A stretch of 64,000 nt of DNA from a virus. Below are positions 58,078-64,000 of the stretch, piece by piece (the stretch's first letter is position 1; each line of letters opens with the position of its first letter). The stretch is taken from positions 2,909 through 66,908 of IMG/VR virus record IMGVR_UViG_3300045994_000147. The stretch is one strand, 5' to 3'. A model generated the notes under the pieces. It was not told where the DNA came from and searched no databases. It was given only the letters and a program-made list of their open reading frames with translations. The translations under genes were made by a program, and so were the position numbers.

Positions 58078-61016
58078 TATAACCTCGTAGAAATTACTGA
58101 ATTATTTATCTCTTCCATCTGTATTACAGTAGAACCAAAGGATATTTGTGTTGGAGAGGTGACCATTGCTATACCTTTACTCAACCCTAATCTCCCATGG
58201 ATCTCATTTAGCTGGGAAGAAGCTGCTAGATAAGCTTTGCTGGGTTCTAGCTGTATTGGCCCGTTACCAGCTATAAATACAGATAAATTATCAGATCTAT
58301 ATAACCTAGCCCCTTCTATAATAACTGGTTGAGTGCTTAAATTCTTTATCTTAAGATTAACAACATCAGCATTTATCCTATAGTTAAATAAATCTTCAGC
58401 AACAACAGCCCCATAGTACCCAGAGATGCCAGAGGGGAGATTGGTAGCATATACATAGAAGGCATATAGCCTCTGAATACTAGTAATACCATCTGGATCT
58501 GTTACATCTACTAGAACATTAGTGAAATTAGCAGTGAATTCTGTACAAGTAGCTCCATCTATAGCATTAGTATTATAGGTAGTGTCTAGTTCCTGGTTTA
58601 ATTGAGTGCTAAAGCCAGAGGAAGTAAAAGTACCTGTAGATTGGTAAGGTAAATGGCTTAAAAGAGGAGAGTAGTGCGTAGCCCTTACTCTAACAGCATA
58701 ATCTGTAGACCAATTGCTTGTTAGGGAGAGAGTGGAAGAAAGGACAATATCATTATATAACTCAGCATTGGAAGTAGTATTAACTACTTGAACCCTGGAA
58801 TTAGGGATGATATTACTAATCTTAATGAGCTGGTAGATACCAGCGGAATGGGTGATTGGGAGAGATGAAGAGCCACTTATAGTTAAGGTGTTTACCGTTA
58901 AACTACCAGAGCCTGTTAAACTACCTGTTATTGTTAAGTTAGATGATAAAATAAAATTGATACCATCTGTACCTGTGATTATTGGCTCTATTCTATTTTG
59001 AGTTTCATACCACTTCAACCAATCATATACCTCTCTAATAAAGAGAGCGCCACTTATACTCAGTGTTCCTGCAGAATAACTGATACCTGATAGAGCACCA
59101 GCAGCTGATTCTGATAATTGAACTACAGTATCAATTGTTTGAATGGTAGATGACGGATTGTATTTGTAACCGTATTGATATATCCAATCAACATAAGGTG
59201 CGACAAAGAAGCCACTAACCCAGAATTTACCAAGGACAGACGGTGATTGTCCAGACACGGTAATCGTTAATTCACCTGATGTTACCGGGGTGACAAACAG
59301 GGACTGATAATAATCAGTATTAACTGATCCTCCAGCTGTGAATACCTGGGGCGTGATACCCAAACCAGAAACGGTTACTGTTGGTGGGTTAGTTACACCA
59401 TAGGTGGTGTCATACCTTAAACCAAACCTGAAGGCCGAGGGTACACCTGCTGAGGCAGCCACATAATAGGAATATGCGTGAGGTGTATTAGCTACAATAG
59501 GCTCGAATCGGATTGATGACCTGCTGTTTGAAAATAACTGTGCATTATCCCTGTAGATCACACCCGTCTTTATCCACTTTTCTTGGACTAGAGGATCGGC
59601 ATTTCTATTAATCACATTGACTTCACTACCATTACTGGATTCTTGTATTTTTGAGGCAAGTACTGCTATGTCGAATGCCTTCATTGCCGGTGGCATCTGA
59701 CAATTCTTGAAAGTGACATTAAAACTTGCTTCAAGCCCCCCTGAGAGTAGATAGGATTGAACAAACGGTATAGTCACCCCAAGATCACATTCTTCAAATA
59801 TACAACCAGGTACTGCACCCATATTAGCTAGTCGTGCTGAATTACCGATAGTTACACGGTAATAATAGGGTGAAATAGACACACTATTACTGAGTGACGT
59901 ACTGTTTACTCCAATAAACCAGCCCCCAATCCACCTACAGGCCTGGCCACCTTGTGAGTTAGACGAAACGTTAGCACTACCATAAGTGAACCCACAATTT
60001 ACAAAATCTGCGGTCACCCCACCACCAAAATATGAACAGGTTTGGTTAGCGCTTGCGACTGTAAAACAGTCTGTCAATATAGCTCTGGGTCTGAAAGAAA
60101 AAGTTTGTAAACCAGTCCCTAATGTATTTCCAAAATTATCAAATGTCATACCTTTGATATTAACCGGGCTGACGCCATAGACTATTGAGTTTGAACAATT
60201 AAGTCCGAACGTTGAATTCTTTTGGGATGTAGCATTAGCCGTCTGACCAATGTTTTTGAATACAGCGTAGCTATAGTCATGTTGTAAAAGTGGAGTAGTG
60301 GTATTACAAATATGCCATTGATACCCAGGGAATGAAGCACTAAAGCTAGTGAACGTAACATTGCTTGTGCCGTTACCCACACCCCCTCCGGCTAGGTGAG
60401 CTTTGGGCACTGCTGTAACTGGCACGATATAAGCGCCGGCTGAACCAGTGATAGCCCCGTTGATGGTTACAACAGAGGGGACATAGCTAGCTGAACTGGT
60501 AGCTGTGATGTATAGGGTATCACCAACATTCCACCCAACCACTTGATCGACTTGTATGGAGGTAGCACTAATGGCAACAGCTGCTGTTAAACGAGCTACT
60601 GGAACCCGAGTAGCGCCTGCAACAAAGAACTTTGAGGTGGCGAAGGTAGTGATCCCGTACTTACAGATAGCCATTGTTAGTGATTGATTGAGGATAAGGG
60701 TAGCAGTAATACCTAGAGGTATCTGATCATTTACTCCAGAACCTGCAGTAGTCTTTCCGAAATCGAATTCACCACCTGCTGAAATTACTAACTCGCCATA
60801 ACAAGTAAGGGAACTATTGACAGTTCTACTTGCTTTGAGTATACCATTTACAGTGATACCTGTGATTGTATCATCTCCCCAGGTATGAGTAGAGGAGAGA
60901 GTAACTGTATGTCCTAAGGCAATGGTAACCTTATCCCCTTGTACTGGGACAACCCCACCAACCCATGTAGTTGTAGCTGTAGATAACCCAGAGGTTGCTG
61001 AAGTTATAGCTGCCAT
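58077..61016 (-). CDS. tail spike/appendage protein (G8-like N-terminus, beta-helix-like middle)
   Basis: SG....TTWVGGVVP..GDKVTI..GHTVT; repetitive beta-rich body. Confidence 0.65.
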   Translation of the reverse strand: MAAITSATSGLSTATTTWVGGVVPVQGDKVTIALGHTVTLSSTHTWGDDTITGITVNGILKASRTVNSSLTCYGELVISAGGEFDFGKTTAGSGVNDQIPLGITATLILNQSLTMAICKYGITTFATSKFFVAGATRVPVARLTAAVAISATSIQVDQVVGWNVGDTLYITATSSASYVPSVVTINGAITGSAGAYIVPVTAVPKAHLAGGGVGNGTSNVTFTSFSASFPGYQWHICNTTTPLLQHDYSYAVFKNIGQTANATSQKNSTFGLNCSNSIVYGVSPVNIKGMTFDNFGNTLGTGLQTFSFRPRAILTDCFTVASANQTCSYFGGGVTADFVNCGFTYGSANVSSNSQGGQACRWIGGWFIGVNSTSLSNSVSISPYYYRVTIGNSARLANMGAVPGCIFEECDLGVTIPFVQSYLLSGGLEASFNVTFKNCQMPPAMKAFDIAVLASKIQESSNGSEVNVINRNADPLVQEKWIKTGVIYRDNAQLFSNSRSSIRFEPIVANTPHAYSYYVAASAGVPSAFRFGLRYDTTYGVTNPPTVTVSGLGITPQVFTAGGSVNTDYYQSLFVTPVTSGELTITVSGQSPSVLGKFWVSGFFVAPYVDWIYQYGYKYNPSSTIQTIDTVVQLSESAAGALSGISYSAGTLSISGALFIREVYDWLKWYETQNRIEPIITGTDGINFILSSNLTITGSLTGSGSLTVNTLTISGSSSLPITHSAGIYQLIKISNIIPNSRVQVVNTTSNAELYNDIVLSSTLSLTSNWSTDYAVRVRATHYSPLLSHLPYQSTGTFTSSGFSTQLNQELDTTYNTNAIDGATCTEFTANFTNVLVDVTDPDGITSIQRLYAFYVYATNLPSGISGYYGAVVAEDLFNYRINADVVNLKIKNLSTQPVIIEGARLYRSDNLSVFIAGNGPIQLEPSKAYLAASSQLNEIHGRLGLSKGIAMVTSPTQISFGSTVIQMEEINNSVISTRL

Positions 61017-61029
61017 AAATATCCTTTAA

Positions 61030-61191
61030 TTATTTTGTAAACCATTCACTCTTTAGTTTATCAGAGTACTCGTTTAGTATTAGCAGAAAGTATTCCCTTT
61101 CTCTCCTATATACTTCTAGCATTTGTTTATGCCTTATCAGTGAAGCTTCCAGCCTCTCAATCTCACTTAATAATTCACTCGTCGTTCTCAT
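61030..61191 (-). CDS. small coiled-coil protein (53 aa, not in ORF track)
   Basis: MRTTSELLSEIERLEASL... fills the gap. Confidence 0.4.
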   Translation of the reverse strand: MRTTSELLSEIERLEASLIRHKQMLEVYRREREYFLLILNEYSDKLKSEWFTK

Positions 61192-61684
61192 ATGTAGTTA
61201 TTACTATACCTTCCAAAGTTCCCTGGGCCTCCTCAGGATCTATTAGAATCTTCTCATCTAATTGTGGGAGAGAGGGAGAGTTATAATTAACAATGTTAAA
61301 CACTTGATTATTATCTTCCCTCTTCTCTTGAAAGAGACCAAAGTGTTTACCTAGTTGTGTTAGTGCTTGTATTCGGGCAGCATGATTGGATCCAGATCCT
61401 TCTCTAGTCCCCTCTTTCCATAGTTTCTCTATGATTAACTCAGGAGAGATCATAAGGGAATCTGCTTTATCTTGTAAAGCAGAGGAGATGTGAAATTGTA
61501 CAGATTCTTTACGAGAGAAGGGGTTGTCAGAATGATGCTGTTTAAGATTGGGAGCTACTGTCCTATGGGCCTCTATGTGAGAGAGAGAAGAGAGGTATGC
61601 TCTTACATACAATCTATCCAGTGGCTCTAGCCTAGGGGTTCTAATAGAGACTGTTTTACCTTCTTCCTCTTCTTTATTACTCAT
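61175..61684 (-). CDS. terminase small subunit-like protein
   Basis: YVRAYL...EA and ARIQALTQLGKHFGLF motifs; start re-called to ATG61684. Confidence 0.7.
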   Translation of the reverse strand: MSNKEEEEGKTVSIRTPRLEPLDRLYVRAYLSSLSHIEAHRTVAPNLKQHHSDNPFSRKESVQFHISSALQDKADSLMISPELIIEKLWKEGTREGSGSNHAARIQALTQLGKHFGLFQEKREDNNQVFNIVNYNSPSLPQLDEKILIDPEEAQGTLEGIVITTYENDE

Positions 61685-61826
61685 CTTCATCGTCCATATC
61701 AAAGTCAGCGAAGGCCATGTCTATAGGCCCCCATGTAAACTCCCATCCATTATAGCCTGTATGTATCCAAGGGATTAAAGTCCAGTATCTAATATGAGGG
61801 AGGGAGAGGTGTAGTTGTTTATTCAT
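61677..61826 (-). CDS. small Trp-rich protein (49 aa, not in ORF track)
   Basis: Overlaps both neighbours; acidic tail. Confidence 0.4.
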   Translation of the reverse strand: MNKQLHLSLPHIRYWTLIPWIHTGYNGWEFTWGPIDMAFADFDMDDEDE

Positions 61827-62799
61827 TGTTCCCTTTCTTTTTAGAAAGTTTAATCATAGTTGCTTTTACTTGTGGTAGAGTACCAAATATCCCGTGGCAA
61901 TCAAAACTTCTAGGATTTCTACCTGGATTCTTTACACGAAAGACACAATTAATCTTGTTGTAGAAGTCAGAGTCTAAACCATCTCCAATAAATACTCCAT
62001 AACCTACTAGGTCTGGGCCATATAGCTCAGGAAGATCTGGGGAATATAAGCCTACACATCGCTTAGAGTCAAACGAACATAGAATTGGAGGGTACTTTTG
62101 TTCTCCAGAACTCTTCGGGGCTTCATATTCTTTATTAGTTACAGGGTCAAAGACATGTGGAGTATGTAGATGCCAGTGAGCGTAGATAGTCGCTGCTTCG
62201 AATGTTGCACTCTCATAGTCCTCATTAGGTGTAAAAGTAATATGTTGATATATTACATTATCTTCAATGGTGGTTATTTTATCTAAGAAAGTTTGGCTTC
62301 TTAGTTCGGTGTTAACTGCTGAATACCTAGTAGTTCCACCACATCCAGAAGGATACTGAGCCTTTGGATTTAACCAGTACCCCATTTGTGATGATGTATG
62401 TACTTGATTATAAATAGAGGACTTAACTTTTGGTGCAAGACGCACAAGTGTACTGTGCCAGAGTTTTGAAGTTACTTGCTTACCTTTTGGTACGTTCTGA
62501 GACCCTGCTTCCGTAGGGTTAAGGCATTCACCTAACCCATTATAGCTTACAGCGGTTTGATATTCGCGCCCATGGTCATTGTACATTTCGTTTCCAAGGA
62601 CTTGTATAGGCCCATTGATGTATTCATTTCCTTTAGAATCCTTTACAGATATAATTGCACTAGCGTAGTTTACTGGGTCGAAGATAGCCTTAAGTTCAGG
62701 GTTTGTTCCAGTATGGTTGTAAGTTTGGATGGTGAATTTTGCTTGCACTGAAAAGGCCGTACAAAGCATAAGTACTAATATTAATTTATTCATTGGCAA
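61819..62799 (-). CDS. exported protein of unknown function
   Basis: Sec signal MNKLILVLMLCTAFSVQA-K; DHGREYQ and NPTEAGS motifs. Confidence 0.65.
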   Translation of the reverse strand: MPMNKLILVLMLCTAFSVQAKFTIQTYNHTGTNPELKAIFDPVNYASAIISVKDSKGNEYINGPIQVLGNEMYNDHGREYQTAVSYNGLGECLNPTEAGSQNVPKGKQVTSKLWHSTLVRLAPKVKSSIYNQVHTSSQMGYWLNPKAQYPSGCGGTTRYSAVNTELRSQTFLDKITTIEDNVIYQHITFTPNEDYESATFEAATIYAHWHLHTPHVFDPVTNKEYEAPKSSGEQKYPPILCSFDSKRCVGLYSPDLPELYGPDLVGYGVFIGDGLDSDFYNKINCVFRVKNPGRNPRSFDCHGIFGTLPQVKATMIKLSKKKGNNE

Positions 62800-62841
62800 A
62801 GGAGGAGAGTGTAGATAATAGAAGGATGGTAGCTAGTTTCT

Positions 62842-63105
62842 TCATGCTTTTCCTGCGTTCTTATTTCGTTTATAGGATCTATTGGCTGAGGCTGATTGAA
62901 CCCTTAGGTTCTTAGGGGAGTTGTTATTGGCATTGGTATCTTTATGATCTACATCCAATCCATCCCCTACTCTTACTCTCCCTTTCTTTTGGAGGGAGTA
63001 TCTAGCTCTTCCTCTACTGGCTCTCTTTTTCTTTTGGGAAGGAGTTCCTTGGTAGTTAGCATATTCTTGTTTGTAATCTCTTTTATATCCTGGAGATGAA
63101 GGCAT
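62842..63105 (-). CDS. small HNH-motif protein, first gene of the late arm
   Basis: RDYKQEY, GDGLDVDHKD...N...NLRV....NRS; AGGAG RBS. Confidence 0.75.
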   Translation of the reverse strand: MPSSPGYKRDYKQEYANYQGTPSQKKKRASRGRARYSLQKKGRVRVGDGLDVDHKDTNANNNSPKNLRVQSASANRSYKRNKNAGKA

Positions 63106-63269
63106 TGGTTTCTCCTATTAGTACTAATAGATCTATTAGGATCATTAGAATCATTATAAATTTATATTGTTTATTAAATATTTAATTAAATAATAATAAG
63201 TTCATTATTCCCTTAGGATCTAAGAGAACTTATAGTACTACTAGTTCCCTAACCCCCCTATATCCCCCC

Positions 63270-63296
63270 ATATCGGCAGGAAGATTGATAACTTTA
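63270..63296 (-). promoter_or_regulatory. sigma-28-type promoter heading the late arm
   Basis: TAAAGTTA-N11-GCCGATAT in intergenic DNA, with an AT-rich upstream region. Confidence 0.82.
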
Positions 63297-63464
63297 ATTC
63301 CTTTATAATTTATGTATTTTATTTTTATTATTTTATTTATCAATAATTCCATTGGCCCCAAAAAGAGAACATTTGTTCTTATGGTACTAATAGTACTATA
63401 TGGTTTATTAATTTTGTTAGTGATGTTAGATCTCTTTCCCTCTGCCTAGGATAAGTGTTGCCGT

Positions 63465-63697
63465 GGGACTGAGGGAACTATTGGTTCTCCTGGAACTTCA
63501 TCTACTATTTTAAACTAGAGGGACTGTGGGAACTAGTGGAAACTCTTCTACCATTAATAACTAGAGAGACTGTGGGATGGATCATATAGTACCCATAGTC
63601 CCAAGGTACCCACATCCTAACCAGCCCCCCTTGAATCTGGTAGAATCCGGTATCTAATAGCGATTCGACATGGGATTTGACAGTACTGTGGGAACTA
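63465..63697 (+). repeat. short direct repeats ACTG(T/A)GGGA(ACTA), four copies
   Basis: Copies at about 63465, 63513, 63559 and 63685. Confidence 0.7.
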
Positions 63698-63765
63698 TGG
63701 TAACCTAAAGGGTTTGGGGTTTATATACCCAGAGCCCACGACTCCTTATATATAGCACTGCACTA

Positions 63766-63794
63766 TTGACATTCTCTGCCATTCAGCGTAGACT
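63766..63794 (+). promoter_or_regulatory. early sigma-70 promoter 1
   Basis: TTGACA-N17-TAGACT. Confidence 0.75.
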
Positions 63795-63844
63795 TGAAAT
63801 CAGTCGAAAGGCAAGGACGAAACAACAACATGGATAGAGTGAGA

Positions 63845-63873
63845 TTGACAAGCCTCACCGTTCAGAGTAGAAT
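63845..63873 (+). promoter_or_regulatory. early sigma-70 promoter 2
   Basis: TTGACA-N17-TAGAAT. Confidence 0.82.
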
Positions 63874-63921
63874 TGAAAACAGTCGGCAAGGGTGCCATGC
63901 AGTAACAAGGATAGAGTGGGA

Positions 63922-63950
63922 TTGACAAGCCCCATCAGTTCGAGTAGAAT
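63922..63950 (+). promoter_or_regulatory. early sigma-70 promoter 3
   Basis: TTGACA-N17-TAGAAT. Confidence 0.82.
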
Positions 63951-64000
63951 GATTACCAGTTGAGGGAACAACCATAGCTGACAAGCTATTGGCTCTTGAC

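Noticed and set aside
63677-63706. TTGACA...TAACCT as a further early promoter
   Set aside because: 18-nt spacer and weak -10; overlaps the repeat array
63766-64000. Periodic repeats as a CRISPR array
   Set aside because: Units are degenerate and coincide with -35/-10 promoter elements; no cas genes seen
1-64000. Prophage, or N4-like phage with its own RNA polymerase
   Set aside because: No integrase, repressor or host genes seen; I recognised no RNA polymerase motifs in the 2274-aa protein despite the N4-type capsid

Overview
This window is most of a lytic, podovirus-like dsDNA phage genome with two opposing arms. The + arm (1-28.8 kb) carries a phiEco32/LUZ24-type peptide-ligase cluster, a T7-like primase-helicase and a family A DNA polymerase. 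The polymerase is split into a separate exonuclease gene and a polymerase gene interrupted by a group I intron with an Endo VII-type homing endonuclease. Between the two halves lie a Prs-like + NAMPT-like pair (NARP1-type NAD+ reconstitution) and an RNA ligase. The arm continues with SSB, exonuclease, ThyX, MazG, a FliA/sigma-28-like sigma factor, class I RNR and PhoH. The - arm (28.9-63.1 kb) holds terminase, portal, GH108 endolysin, scaffold, tRNA-Tyr, an N4-gp56-type capsid, tail/appendage genes and a 2274-aa polyvalent virion protein. The main result is that the phage encodes a flagellar-type sigma factor, and I read five strong and one weaker sigma-28 promoter (TAAAGTTT-N11-GCCGATAA-like). 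All are co-oriented with local genes, including sites heading the late arm and upstream of the sigma gene itself. Sigma-70 promoters sit in a tandem array at the right end. This suggests a sigma70-to-phage-sigma28 transcription cascade. All product calls come from motif recognition by eye; no database search was run.
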